From a virus, in the IMG/VR virus record IMGVR_UViG_3300025705_000005, positions 10,486-74,485 of that record: a stretch of 64,000 nt of DNA; one strand, 5' to 3'. Position 1 is the stretch's first letter, and each line of letters opens with the position of its first letter. Shown in pieces: positions 36,638 to 47,125 of this stretch. The notes beneath the pieces were generated by a model, which saw nothing but the letters and a program-made list of their open reading frames with translations, was not told the DNA's origin and made no database searches. Made by a program: the position numbers and the translations under genes.

Positions 36638-38704
36638 CTAACTAAATCTATTGGTGTATTTGTGTGGAATTTCCCAAGGTTCGAGGTCATCGGGTGTTGG
36701 GTCGTTAGGTGGTAAAACATTTGGAGAATACATATCAGCTGCGAAACTATTTGGTTGGTCAAATGCTTCACCCAATTCCCCACCAACTAAAATATCAGGT
36801 CTATCTAACTTACCCCAAACAAATTTACTATTACCTTGCTTATCTTTAACTTCAGTAATTGTAGCGGTTCTACCACTCATTAAAGAACCAGTGCCAGGTG
36901 CTCCAAACGCCCCATCTAAATCTAATCTAACTTTTACTGTAATATCTACATCATCTCTGTTTTGAATTGCCGATGCTAATTTACCAATTGCTATTAAATC
37001 ACCATTTGGATTGTATAACCCAATTGCTGTATAGTAATTCTTAAAATCAGAACCAGTAACAAACCCTTTCATTATAGAACTATTTGCATTGTTATTTAAT
37101 TTCAACGTTGGGTTTTGAGATACATTAAATTCATTAGAACCTACTTCACATAATATATTTAATTCATGTAACGTTTTTGATGATTTGTATTTAGTAAGGT
37201 GTCCCCATTGAGATACATTTGTAGTTCCAACTTCAGTACCATAATCCCAATTTCCAGTCTGCCCTGTCCAAATATATCTATATTTTGGTCTTGGGTCTGA
37301 TACTACCATTAATCCGTGATTATAAAATACTTCACCAACTACGTTAGTTTGAAATGCTGAACCTGTTAAATAATCATTGTTTGCTAATGATTTTATTTCG
37401 TTAGTAGATAATGCTTTATTGTAAATACGGAACTCATCTAACGAACCACTTAATACATTATGGTCTGTTGCTTTATCCTCAGCCCACCCATCTGATAGAG
37501 TTTTACTACCCAATGTGATATCGTATGTATTAGTTATACCTTTTAGTGTAATTACTTTGTTACTACCACTTGTAGGTAATAACCCTGTACTTTCTTTAAC
37601 ACCATCAATCCATAGCTCTAATTTTTCAGCGTTTTTATTAAAACAAATATGATGAGGTAAGTTATCATTTATTTTAGTTGTTGATTCGGCTACTACAGTT
37701 TGATTTCCGTTTGATAAAGATATCGTAACTTTTCCACTATCCGCCCCAGTTGTTTGATTTTTTACTTCAATATCAAACGGATAGATTGGTGATACTATAT
37801 TTCTTCTTCTTAATTCATCTTGTAGTAATTGGTTTTGTCCGTAATCTTTTTCAGTTCCTCTTTTAGATACTATCGTATTAAACGAAGTTGCTGTATCTTT
37901 TTGAGTTGTTGGTAAGTGAGTCCATATTGATAATGAGTAATCTGTTGTTTCGAAAAACTCATACTCTTTTTTGTGGTCTATTCTAATGTATGATTTATCA
38001 CCATCGAATGCTACCTTAGTTCCGGCTGCTAGTTGAAAATCTCCAGTAGTGTTTATGCCGGGTAAATAGTTTACATTCCTACCAACTCCATTATTTAAGT
38101 AACCACTTCTATCTTCAATTACATCATCGTAATTTGTGTATCTTGGAACTACCTCATCGTTGAATCCCCAATAACCTACTAAGTTACCAAATGGAACATA
38201 CGAACCAGTATCTAAACCATCATCATATAAATGACCGTGGAATTCATCAACTTTTAAATCTTTTAAAATTATTGATTTACAATTTGATGAAGTCATAGAA
38301 GTATCAATAACTTCTACACTACCAAATTTAATACCATCACCTATTCTGTTTTGTGGAACTGAGAATATTGATGCAGATGCATATAAATCTCTTTCAATTC
38401 TAGGTCTATGTTTGAAAAACATTTGGTTGAGGCCTGACCATACAACTTTTTGATGTTTTAATTTAATAAACGGAGTATTTCCAGAAGATGAATTATCTAT
38501 CTGGTCGGTTTCTCTGTATGCTGGGATTGATATTGATTCCGAAACATTAATCTTCTCACCAAAAGCTGGGGATATACCTTTTATTACCGAAATTAAAAAC
38601 GAATCACTTCGTTGATTAATATCAGTAACTACCCAGCGCTTGTGAGTATTGAATGGTCTTAATTGTATGCCACCCCCATTGATTGGTTTGTAAGCTGTTG
38701 CCAT
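36638..38704 (-). CDS. Baseplate/fibre-attachment protein with an inserted LamG/concanavalin-like domain
   Basis: LVGYWGF...FDG...SLSIW...HHI...LWIDG...GSLDEFRIYNKALS is a LamG-like pattern. C-terminal AIGLYN..GDLIAIGKL is shared with the neighbouring gene. Confidence 0.65.
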   Translation of the reverse strand: MATAYKPINGGGIQLRPFNTHKRWVVTDINQRSDSFLISVIKGISPAFGEKINVSESISIPAYRETDQIDNSSSGNTPFIKLKHQKVVWSGLNQMFFKHRPRIERDLYASASIFSVPQNRIGDGIKFGSVEVIDTSMTSSNCKSIILKDLKVDEFHGHLYDDGLDTGSYVPFGNLVGYWGFNDEVVPRYTNYDDVIEDRSGYLNNGVGRNVNYLPGINTTGDFQLAAGTKVAFDGDKSYIRIDHKKEYEFFETTDYSLSIWTHLPTTQKDTATSFNTIVSKRGTEKDYGQNQLLQDELRRRNIVSPIYPFDIEVKNQTTGADSGKVTISLSNGNQTVVAESTTKINDNLPHHICFNKNAEKLELWIDGVKESTGLLPTSGSNKVITLKGITNTYDITLGSKTLSDGWAEDKATDHNVLSGSLDEFRIYNKALSTNEIKSLANNDYLTGSAFQTNVVGEVFYNHGLMVVSDPRPKYRYIWTGQTGNWDYGTEVGTTNVSQWGHLTKYKSSKTLHELNILCEVGSNEFNVSQNPTLKLNNNANSSIMKGFVTGSDFKNYYTAIGLYNPNGDLIAIGKLASAIQNRDDVDITVKVRLDLDGAFGAPGTGSLMSGRTATITEVKDKQGNSKFVWGKLDRPDILVGGELGEAFDQPNSFAADMYSPNVLPPNDPTPDDLEPWEIPHKYTNRFS

Positions 38705-38734
38705 GCGGTTTCATTATCGTTCTTAAAATATTAT

Positions 38735-39793
38735 TTAAAAGTCTAACTTAACTTTCACCAATACTTCATTTGAAAATGATTTTAAAATTGGTTTAGATAA
38801 CTTAGCCACTGCTAATAGTTCTTGTGTGCTATTGTATAATCCAACAGTCGTAATATACGATTTAGGATTGTTTGCAAATGTGGTTTGTTTAAATGCCCCA
38901 TTTGAACCAGTAGTAAAAGACGGATTGTTTGAGAAGTTATACTCACCATTCTTAGCTCTTATGAAATAGAATGTTGATTGTACTTTTTCTTCATTTCTTG
39001 CTGCAAATCCGTTATTAGCGTTAATAGCGGCCGCTCCACTAATTGATGTAAATAATCTGAATGCATTATCACCATTTGTGTTTGAAGCTACATTAGTACC
39101 AAAATTTAATTGTGCTAAATCTAACTTCTGAGCATTTAGTATAATAACACCCTGCTCAGGATATACAGAACCATATTCAATAGCTGAATTTTCAACTCCG
39201 TTTAGGATTGAACCTGAAACTAAACTATATACTCTACCAATTTGTGTTGCTGCTTGTTGAGTATCTCCACTATTATCAATTAAGTTGATTACTAAGTTAG
39301 AAGAATCTACTGCCGGAGTTGATGCTCCATTAAGTTTAGCTAAATTTAATTGGAAGTTACCTGGATCTAATCTATCTTTCAATCTAGCACGATTCATATT
39401 AATTGCGTAAATGTGCTGAGTTGCTGTATTGTTAAACTTAAATACTCTCTGATTATCAGGAAGTAGGATTTGTGCGTATTGTGAATAGATTGCATTAGAT
39501 GGAGAATCTTCATTCTGCCCTAATGAACCACTACCTTGGTTGTGCCCATATGTTATTGAAAATTGCGATTCAGATGTAACTGCTGTAGATATCCCATCGA
39601 ATACCTCATAGTAGTATTGTTTCTGAATATCTGATTGTGCTGAAGATGTATGAAATGATGTTAACGTTCCTACGTTACCACTCCACAAACCTCTTGTCAC
39701 TTTTTCTACACCACCTTCTACTACATCACCTACTTTTAGTGCTGTGTAAACTCTTTTTGATGTATTAAACGAACCTGCTGGTAAAATTGCCAT
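38735..39793 (-). CDS. Baseplate/fibre-attachment structural protein
   Basis: C-terminal SNNPSF...YITTVGLYNSTQELLAVAKLSKPILK; located in the tail operon. Confidence 0.6.
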   Translation of the reverse strand: MAILPAGSFNTSKRVYTALKVGDVVEGGVEKVTRGLWSGNVGTLTSFHTSSAQSDIQKQYYYEVFDGISTAVTSESQFSITYGHNQGSGSLGQNEDSPSNAIYSQYAQILLPDNQRVFKFNNTATQHIYAINMNRARLKDRLDPGNFQLNLAKLNGASTPAVDSSNLVINLIDNSGDTQQAATQIGRVYSLVSGSILNGVENSAIEYGSVYPEQGVIILNAQKLDLAQLNFGTNVASNTNGDNAFRLFTSISGAAAINANNGFAARNEEKVQSTFYFIRAKNGEYNFSNNPSFTTGSNGAFKQTTFANNPKSYITTVGLYNSTQELLAVAKLSKPILKSFSNEVLVKVKLDF

Positions 39794-39810
39794 ATCTATT
39801 CCCTATTTCT

Positions 39811-40473
39811 TTATATTGTTGAATCCAATGTGTTACCTACTGAAATATCAGGGTTGTTAGTTACAGTTAAATCAATTTCTGTTCTACCACCTGTTTCATT
39901 TCCGATAACAAATATTTTTGTTGAAATATCTGTGTTATCTGCTAATACTTTAGTATTAATTGTAAATGTACTATTTGTACTAATAGTAACACTTCTTCTA
40001 TCTTCATTAGCACCAACTGCATCTGCGTTGTTTGCTATCCCACTACCATCACCTATTACAGATGCCGCATCTGAGTTCAATAACGTTACAGTATAACCTA
40101 ATGTATCATTTCCACCATTTTTAGTAGTTAATGTTACAGTCTGTGATTGTCCACCTTCTTCTAAACTAATTGAGCTTGGGTTTGATTGAATAATTGGAAT
40201 TCTGATTGTATTTTTTGGAAGTGTTAACAACTTATATCTTAATGAGTAATTCTCATCTGTTACTGCCTCTACTATTGGCATGTTTTCTATTATGATACCA
40301 TAATAGTCCGAACCTAGCGGATGCGCTGGATTCCATAGTTCGTAGTCTACCTCATCATCTGCCAATGCGAACTGACTGATTACGAAGAAGTCTCTACCTT
40401 TTGCTAGAAGCTCTCTACCTTTTTTGGTAAGAATAGCGTCTACTGTTATTGATGAATTATCTAAATATCCCAT
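39811..40473 (-). CDS. Baseplate/tail structural protein
   Basis: N-terminal DAILTKKGRELLA...FALADDEVDY and an Ig-like beta-rich C-terminus. Confidence 0.6.
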   Translation of the reverse strand: MGYLDNSSITVDAILTKKGRELLAKGRDFFVISQFALADDEVDYELWNPAHPLGSDYYGIIIENMPIVEAVTDENYSLRYKLLTLPKNTIRIPIIQSNPSSISLEEGGQSQTVTLTTKNGGNDTLGYTVTLLNSDAASVIGDGSGIANNADAVGANEDRRSVTISTNSTFTINTKVLADNTDISTKIFVIGNETGGRTEIDLTVTNNPDISVGNTLDSTI

Positions 40474-40504
40474 TTGTTATACCCTTTTACAATTTGTTTT
40501 CTTA

Positions 40505-40512
40505 TATAAATA
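40505..40512 (-). promoter_or_regulatory. Putative late promoter motif TATTTATA
   Basis: 32 nt upstream of the start at 40473. Confidence 0.55.
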
Positions 40513-40552
40513 TTAAAAAAAAACTTTTTACACTAACTTTTAATATTTTTGA

Positions 40553-41644
40553 TTAGTATCTTTGTTTTCTATCCTCTTTATCATACTTCACACATAAATC
40601 TTCTTCGGTGTTATCACCACCCAAAGATTTTCTTAATACATCTAAAATCTCTCTTTTTTCTTCGTAATTTTCGAATGGAGATTTCTGTGATGGTCTGATA
40701 AGTATATCCGTTTCTTTAGTTGCTGATTGAGAATCAAAATCGGATTCATCACTTTCAACTATATCTCTATGTGGAACTATTGGTCTACCTAAACGGATTT
40801 CCATTTGCTTCATTTCTTTAATAGTTCGTTCTATCTTATTTAAACCATCTAACTCAGGATTTCTTTGTATCTTCTCCTGCTGTTCTATAATTATCTCTTC
40901 TTCTAAAAAAGTTGAAACGTTTTTTTCTGTTTTTGTATTTGTAAGCATTTTAACTTCTTTTTGCTTTCTTAACTTCTCTTCTTCAAGACGCTTAACCATT
41001 TTATCTTTTAGAGCTTTCTTCTGTTGTAATATCAATTCAGCATTACGAATAGATTCTGCTTTAATCTTATCAATATCCTTATCCTTTATAGATTTTTCTC
41101 CTACAATATCTGGATACTTCTTTTTAAGATATATATCGAAATCAATTCTCATTTGCTTCAATTCTTCTCTGAACATTTCTCTTCTCTTAATCTCATCTTG
41201 AAAAGCTTCTTGTATCTTTAAGAATCGTTCATCTTCAATCTCCCTACGTTCAACTTCTTCTATATATATCCTACGCTTATCTTCTTCGTTATAATCTTTA
41301 ACATCTAATACTGGGTCTGACAGGATTTCTTCTGCTTTTGGATTTAGTATATCATGTATAATTGAATCTACACTACCATCCAATGTAGGTAATGGTTTTA
41401 CTAAGTTGATTAAATCTTTTTCTTTTACCTTATCATCTTTAGTGATTACTATATTGTCCTTTAAAGGTTTTCCTATTTTTATTAAAACTTCAGGATCTTT
41501 TATTGCCTTAGATATCTTAGTAGATTCATCAACGTTTCTTTTAGGGTCTTTAATTAATGGTCTAGATATACGCTCGCTCATTCGTTTATCGATTAGTTTA
41601 TTTAATCGATTACCACTGTCTCTTATATTTCTTCTACTTGCCAT
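40553..41644 (-). CDS. Highly charged coiled-coil hypothetical protein
   Basis: 363 aa, E/K/R/D-rich. SD AGGAG at 41652-41656. Confidence 0.65.
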   Translation of the reverse strand: MASRRNIRDSGNRLNKLIDKRMSERISRPLIKDPKRNVDESTKISKAIKDPEVLIKIGKPLKDNIVITKDDKVKEKDLINLVKPLPTLDGSVDSIIHDILNPKAEEILSDPVLDVKDYNEEDKRRIYIEEVERREIEDERFLKIQEAFQDEIKRREMFREELKQMRIDFDIYLKKKYPDIVGEKSIKDKDIDKIKAESIRNAELILQQKKALKDKMVKRLEEEKLRKQKEVKMLTNTKTEKNVSTFLEEEIIIEQQEKIQRNPELDGLNKIERTIKEMKQMEIRLGRPIVPHRDIVESDESDFDSQSATKETDILIRPSQKSPFENYEEKREILDVLRKSLGGDNTEEDLCVKYDKEDRKQRY

Positions 41645-41657
41645 ATCTTATCTCCTA

Positions 41658-44600
41658 TTAAAAAGGTGAACCATTCTTTATATCAAATTCTTTTCTTCTG
41701 AACATTTCTGAATCACGAAGTTTTAATTCTTTTTTATATCTCACATCAAACTCATCTGCTCTTGCATCTTCAATAGAAATCATTTTCTCTATCTTTCTTC
41801 TGAACTCTTGTAACTCTCTTCTGTACTCTTTAAGTCGTTTCCAATAAAGGTCATCATTGATTATTAAATCATCAATATCTAATGTACCCAACCCAGTTCC
41901 AGATATAACATCTAAGTTTCCTTCTTCTGATGTTTGTGATGTGTTTATTAACACATTAGGGTCTGCTTTAAATATTTCTATTACAGGTTTTCCATCTGGA
42001 GTATCAGGTGAATTTGTTGTTAGTGAGTCAGATGTCATCTTACATCCTAAGAATCTTAAATTCTCAACTGCTAATGGTAATTCATCTGTTGATACCTGAG
42101 ATGGGATTAGTGATGATGAGTTTGGAAGATTCATAGATGCTGATAGTTCCGAACTAAAGAACAACTTCACACTCTGTGCATATTGTGATGGTTTACTATT
42201 TACTATATTAGTTGCAATTGGGTTGTAGTTCCAACTTCCATTTGAACCAGTATTCCAATTTAAGCCAGCCCCAACATCCGCACCTGCTTTGTAAACAGGT
42301 ATTGTGTATTTGTATGTTGATGGTGCGTACATATCTTTAATTTGTGGATTACCTACATCTTCTACATCATCTTTTTGTGATGTAATAATAAACAGATTAT
42401 CTAAATCTATAGAATCACCTTCATAAAGTATATTTTCAGCTGATATGTTGTATGAATTTGTTATTTCAGTTTCATAACCAACTTCTTCTGCAGATATGTT
42501 GTATGAATTTGTTATTTCAGTTTCAAATAAATGAAAAGATGATTCTAATGGTCTTTCCATTGTTGCTATTGTTACATCATACATAGGTCTAGTCTGAGTT
42601 ACCTTTGAAAATGATTTAACTTTAGGTCTTTCTAAAATATGTGGTTCTATTAATATACCTGAGTTGTAATCAACCCTAGCTGGCATCGTTTGTCTAATTT
42701 GTTCAAACACCGACATATCGTATTTAGCAAGAATATCAATCGTATTATTGATTAAGTTTTTGTTTGAGTATTTTTTAAATACTTGTCTACGAACATAATC
42801 TAATTGTTCGTTTTGTTCTGTATATCCACTTCTGTTATCAGGATCGCCAATTAAATTATCTATTTCAAAATAACCTGTATGGTTTATGATATCATCGTTA
42901 TACATTTTAGTAGCGGCTAAATAAACACCCACCACATTTGAATCAACTGGTGCTGAATCGTATTGGGATTTTTCTACTTTGTTATCTGTATTTAATACAC
43001 CTCTCAATGGGTTACTCTCAACTCTAACTTTATTATTCATAATATTGTTAGCCCCAGCTGATGGTACTTTTGTGTAGTACTCTTCAGTTACACCAATCAA
43101 ATCATCGTTTTCAAAATTAAATAATGATGCTGATAGTATATAATTGTTTTCTGTTTTAAATACTTTTTGATTCGGATGCTGTGATGCATGTGAATCAGGA
43201 TTGTTAATTGTCTTTAAATTAGAATCTGGTAAAAATCTAAACTTTAAATCAAAGTAAGATGATGTCATAGCGTTACCATGATATGATTCTCTAGATAGAG
43301 TATGTTCATCGATAACAATATCTTTTAATGCTTCAGCCCAATATCTAATCTCTTGAATAGAACCACTCATTGGATTTACATCACCCCAAATGGTTGGGGC
43401 TCCTGATATAGTTCCGAATGAATTACCAAATTCAACAGTACCACTATCTACCCAAGCTTTATTATATGATGATTCGGTTGAACCATTAATTGATATACTA
43501 GCAGATTCACTTATTGTTATTCTATCTTTTTTATTTTTTCTATACTGTAGTTTGTATATGTTATCTTTAGTTATATCATCAACTGAATTTTCTCTTTCAA
43601 TTAATAATGTACCCATAAGAGAATCAAATATATTCACATCATTTATAGATGCTGATTTATATCCACCACTTCCACTTAAATAAAAGTGTATGTTACCTTT
43701 AGAGTTACTTAAATCGGTTGGTGTAGTTGATTCATATAATACTGCAAAATCATTTCCTTTTCTGATTATACCAGTATCTCTATTTAAGTTTTGTTGAAGT
43801 TGTATTTCTATAACATCTATTGGGTTTGGGTCATTAATTTCATAAGTTGCTGGGTCTATATCAGTAACCTTATCCCAAGGAACTGTAATGTAGTTATCTT
43901 TATCCATTCTTAAATGGTAAACAAATCTATCATGTTCCCAATATTGCCTTACATTATTTTCAATTATAGGTCCACCATATTCTCTAATTGATAAGAATGT
44001 TTGTGGAATACCATATGTAGCAATTAATGCTTTAACGGCTCTTGCCGAACCTTTTGTTTTTAGAAGATATGGAATATTGTTTACAATTCTTCTCCATACT
44101 TCATTATTAATTTGTTCGTGTGATTTAGATGGGAGTGAACCACTATTAGGTACATTACCAAACTTATCAGTTCCCAATCCAAACTCCCATAACTCAGATG
44201 TATCTTTACCATGTGTTAGTTTCCAACCCATAGATTTTGCTACATCATAAAGAAGTTCGTTTGGCATACCATCGTATGGATGTTCTTCTCTTTCGTTAAC
44301 AGATGTTAATGCGTTTATATAAGACCAAGTTATATCAAAATGATGCCCAATCATATCTACGAATAAAACATATTCTTGATTTAACGGGTCCTCAACAATT
44401 GAGGCTGGTACTACTTTTGTTAATCTAGCATCGTTAAGTGAATCAAAGATACTTGCCGAATCTATTAAACCATTATAAGCGCTTATTGCTTCAGATGAAG
44501 TTACACTATAATTTACATTAGGATATGTACTTTGCTTTGGCCAAGGATGTAATTGGAAATTGGAAGAACTATAATGAGTATATAAAGAACCAGTAGATTC

Positions 44601-46097
44601 TTGATACATCCAACGCTCCCAACCATCCATACCACTTACAACATTATCTTTTCTTGATATAGATTGTGATATATTTGTTGATGCATCCGAACCACTTACT
44701 GATTCTAATGTATTTATTCTTGCATCAAATTGTTCTATAAGAGATAGTTTGTATTTTAGATTATTTACACGCTCAACAGCTGATGAGTATTTTACAAAGT
44801 TACCAAAGTATGTGTAATCTAAATTAAGATTCACATTACCAAACGAACCACTAATATACTTATCAATTATTTGTTGTGAAGTTGAAAGGTTAGTATCTAA
44901 TAAATCATTCCAACTTTTTAAATCAGTACCTTGAGATTTCCCATAGTTACCCATATCAATCTTAAAGTTTGGTGCTGAGAAGTTAGGTTGTTCTGATGGT
45001 TTATCTATATCATATAATAGTACTCTATCAATGTAAGATTCCCTTACCATATTATCAATAGTACAATTGAATGGGGATAACCCATCTTTTAAAGGTTTGT
45101 ATAATTTTATTATTACACTATGAAGTTTAGATGGGACAAATGATTCATCGTAGTATCTAACTTTAGAATATTTTTTAATATCGGAGTACCCTCTAGTCCA
45201 ATTACTTATAGGAGGTCTGTTATAGTATTCGCACCCAGCTGGTATTGGGTATTGTAAATCAGTTATAGGATTTCCTTGAATGTAATACTCCTTCTCCCCA
45301 TTTGCATTTGTTTCCTGTTGATACTCTGCGTTTCCGAATTCGTTTATTACTAAATTAAATCGTGCACTTCTTCCAGTAGCTCTGAAAACATTCTTTTGAA
45401 AGTTGTTGGGTAATTCATCATTGTAGAATTCAATCCATTGGTTTGCATCCTTACCCTCAGTTGATGGAGAAAAGAATGTTAGTGAACCATTAGTCATACT
45501 ACCTGTGGGGTGTAATACGTTTGTTACTATCTCACCTACTCTTTTATTGTTATAAAAACTAATATCAGTAATCATTGATATTTCGTTTTGCCCAAAGTTT
45601 AATGCTAAATTTAACTTATCTCCAGCTTTTCCAATTCCTTGTTGAGGTGGGTTAGTTACAAGATTAAATAATGTTTGTAAATTATAGTTATCACTTTCTA
45701 CTACTAATTCTAATTCAGTTCCATCTGAATTTATATTAGCAACCTTCATTGTAGGTGATAGTTTTTTTACAAAATTGTAAACTAAACTATAGTACCCTGA
45801 ATCTAAATTACCTAATCTAACATCACCTTCAGGTTTTACTAAGATATCAACATCTATATCTTCTTCTGTAGTATTATTTTGATAATTAATTGAATAAGGT
45901 TCATTTGAATGAACCAATTTATCTGCTGAAAATATATGTGATTCTACTAAAGTTTGTGTATCTAAATTACCTGTTTGTAATTTTAGTATATTTTTCTCTA
46001 AGTTTATAAAATCCGATAAGGAATAAACTTGGACAGACTCTACAGGTACCTTTGATGATACTAATATATCCGTATTTTGAAATCTATCTATTCCCAT
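41658..46097 (-). CDS. Large baseplate wedge protein (gp7/P2 gpI-like core)
   Basis: LFVDMIGHHFD...VWRRIVNNIPYLLKTKGSARAVKALIATYG resembles the wedge 'KGT..A' motif. Located in the baseplate operon. Confidence 0.6.
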   Translation of the reverse strand: MGIDRFQNTDILVSSKVPVESVQVYSLSDFINLEKNILKLQTGNLDTQTLVESHIFSADKLVHSNEPYSINYQNNTTEEDIDVDILVKPEGDVRLGNLDSGYYSLVYNFVKKLSPTMKVANINSDGTELELVVESDNYNLQTLFNLVTNPPQQGIGKAGDKLNLALNFGQNEISMITDISFYNNKRVGEIVTNVLHPTGSMTNGSLTFFSPSTEGKDANQWIEFYNDELPNNFQKNVFRATGRSARFNLVINEFGNAEYQQETNANGEKEYYIQGNPITDLQYPIPAGCEYYNRPPISNWTRGYSDIKKYSKVRYYDESFVPSKLHSVIIKLYKPLKDGLSPFNCTIDNMVRESYIDRVLLYDIDKPSEQPNFSAPNFKIDMGNYGKSQGTDLKSWNDLLDTNLSTSQQIIDKYISGSFGNVNLNLDYTYFGNFVKYSSAVERVNNLKYKLSLIEQFDARINTLESVSGSDASTNISQSISRKDNVVSGMDGWERWMYQESTGSLYTHYSSSNFQLHPWPKQSTYPNVNYSVTSSEAISAYNGLIDSASIFDSLNDARLTKVVPASIVEDPLNQEYVLFVDMIGHHFDITWSYINALTSVNEREEHPYDGMPNELLYDVAKSMGWKLTHGKDTSELWEFGLGTDKFGNVPNSGSLPSKSHEQINNEVWRRIVNNIPYLLKTKGSARAVKALIATYGIPQTFLSIREYGGPIIENNVRQYWEHDRFVYHLRMDKDNYITVPWDKVTDIDPATYEINDPNPIDVIEIQLQQNLNRDTGIIRKGNDFAVLYESTTPTDLSNSKGNIHFYLSGSGGYKSASINDVNIFDSLMGTLLIERENSVDDITKDNIYKLQYRKNKKDRITISESASISINGSTESSYNKAWVDSGTVEFGNSFGTISGAPTIWGDVNPMSGSIQEIRYWAEALKDIVIDEHTLSRESYHGNAMTSSYFDLKFRFLPDSNLKTINNPDSHASQHPNQKVFKTENNYILSASLFNFENDDLIGVTEEYYTKVPSAGANNIMNNKVRVESNPLRGVLNTDNKVEKSQYDSAPVDSNVVGVYLAATKMYNDDIINHTGYFEIDNLIGDPDNRSGYTEQNEQLDYVRRQVFKKYSNKNLINNTIDILAKYDMSVFEQIRQTMPARVDYNSGILIEPHILERPKVKSFSKVTQTRPMYDVTIATMERPLESSFHLFETEITNSYNISAEEVGYETEITNSYNISAENILYEGDSIDLDNLFIITSQKDDVEDVGNPQIKDMYAPSTYKYTIPVYKAGADVGAGLNWNTGSNGSWNYNPIATNIVNSKPSQYAQSVKLFFSSELSASMNLPNSSSLIPSQVSTDELPLAVENLRFLGCKMTSDSLTTNSPDTPDGKPVIEIFKADPNVLINTSQTSEEGNLDVISGTGLGTLDIDDLIINDDLYWKRLKEYRRELQEFRRKIEKMISIEDARADEFDVRYKKELKLRDSEMFRRKEFDIKNGSPF
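42442..42525. repeat. Tandem in-frame repeat, 33 bp identical, 51-bp period
   Basis: GATATGTTGTATGAATTTGTTATTTCAGTTTCA at 42442-42474 and 42493-42525, within the ETEITNSYNISAE x2 protein repeat. Confidence 0.9.
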
Positions 46098-46111
46098 TTG
46101 TTACCTTTTTA

Positions 46112-47125
46112 TTAATCTGCCCTAGTTTCAGTTTCTTGTGCTTCATCTTGATTTCCTATTGCTACATTTCCACCAGAAGCTACCGTATCACCGAATGGCG
46201 GCCAAGATATTGATGGTTCTTCAGGTAATTGTGCCGTTACTTCAAATACACACTTATGACCATAAATATAAACTCCATCATTAATCGAACCAAATACTGA
46301 TGATATTTGGAATAAATCATTTTCTACTAATTGTGAGTTTGGAATATCTAATACACATTGTAACATTGGGTATGATGGAGACGTGTACGTCTGTCCTTTT
46401 GTATTAAATCTATATGTTGGGACAGCGAAATCACCAGCTCTTTGCCTTCGTATAGAAGCGTATGCTCCTACATCATTTCCATTAGAATGTGCTATACAAA
46501 AACTAACCACTGCTCTAATATTAAGGTTTCTTCCCGATTCTATTAATTCTTTAGTAACTCTATATCCAAAGTCTTGCAGTTCTGGTCCGAATACTTTAGT
46601 ATCCCATCGTATTTCTTTATGACCTGCTGAAGTAAGGTATCCATCAGATTCATCCCTTACTCCATTATTATAGTAACTTACACCACCAAAGTGAGAATTC
46701 TGAAATGCGTACCCATTTCCAACTTCATCAGGTTTTTTATCTCTAGCGGATTGGGCTGCTGATGATAATTCATATCTACCACTAAATTCATCTTTTGGTT
46801 CATCCTCTGGTTCTGCACCCTGAATGGATACTAATTTATTACCTTGAACTTCATATAGGTTTGATTCCTCTATAAAGTTTTGTTGTATTATTTCTAATGG
46901 TACTTCTGGTAGATTGACTATTAACTCATTTGATAATTGGTCAATAGTACGGTTAAATACAGATTCTTCATAGTTTGTAAAAACGGCTGGTACTTTTTTA
47001 TACCCATACGCTAACCCTGGTGTTTCATCCGTATCTATAGTATAAGACACAATCTGATTAGAGCTATTTCGTTTAATATCTCTAAGTTGTTGTTCTTGCT
47101 CTGTTGTTATATTTTGTTCTGCCAT
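46112..47125 (-). CDS. Hypothetical structural protein
   Basis: 337 aa within the baseplate operon; beta-rich C-terminal half. Confidence 0.55.
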   Translation of the reverse strand: MAEQNITTEQEQQLRDIKRNSSNQIVSYTIDTDETPGLAYGYKKVPAVFTNYEESVFNRTIDQLSNELIVNLPEVPLEIIQQNFIEESNLYEVQGNKLVSIQGAEPEDEPKDEFSGRYELSSAAQSARDKKPDEVGNGYAFQNSHFGGVSYYNNGVRDESDGYLTSAGHKEIRWDTKVFGPELQDFGYRVTKELIESGRNLNIRAVVSFCIAHSNGNDVGAYASIRRQRAGDFAVPTYRFNTKGQTYTSPSYPMLQCVLDIPNSQLVENDLFQISSVFGSINDGVYIYGHKCVFEVTAQLPEEPSISWPPFGDTVASGGNVAIGNQDEAQETETRAD

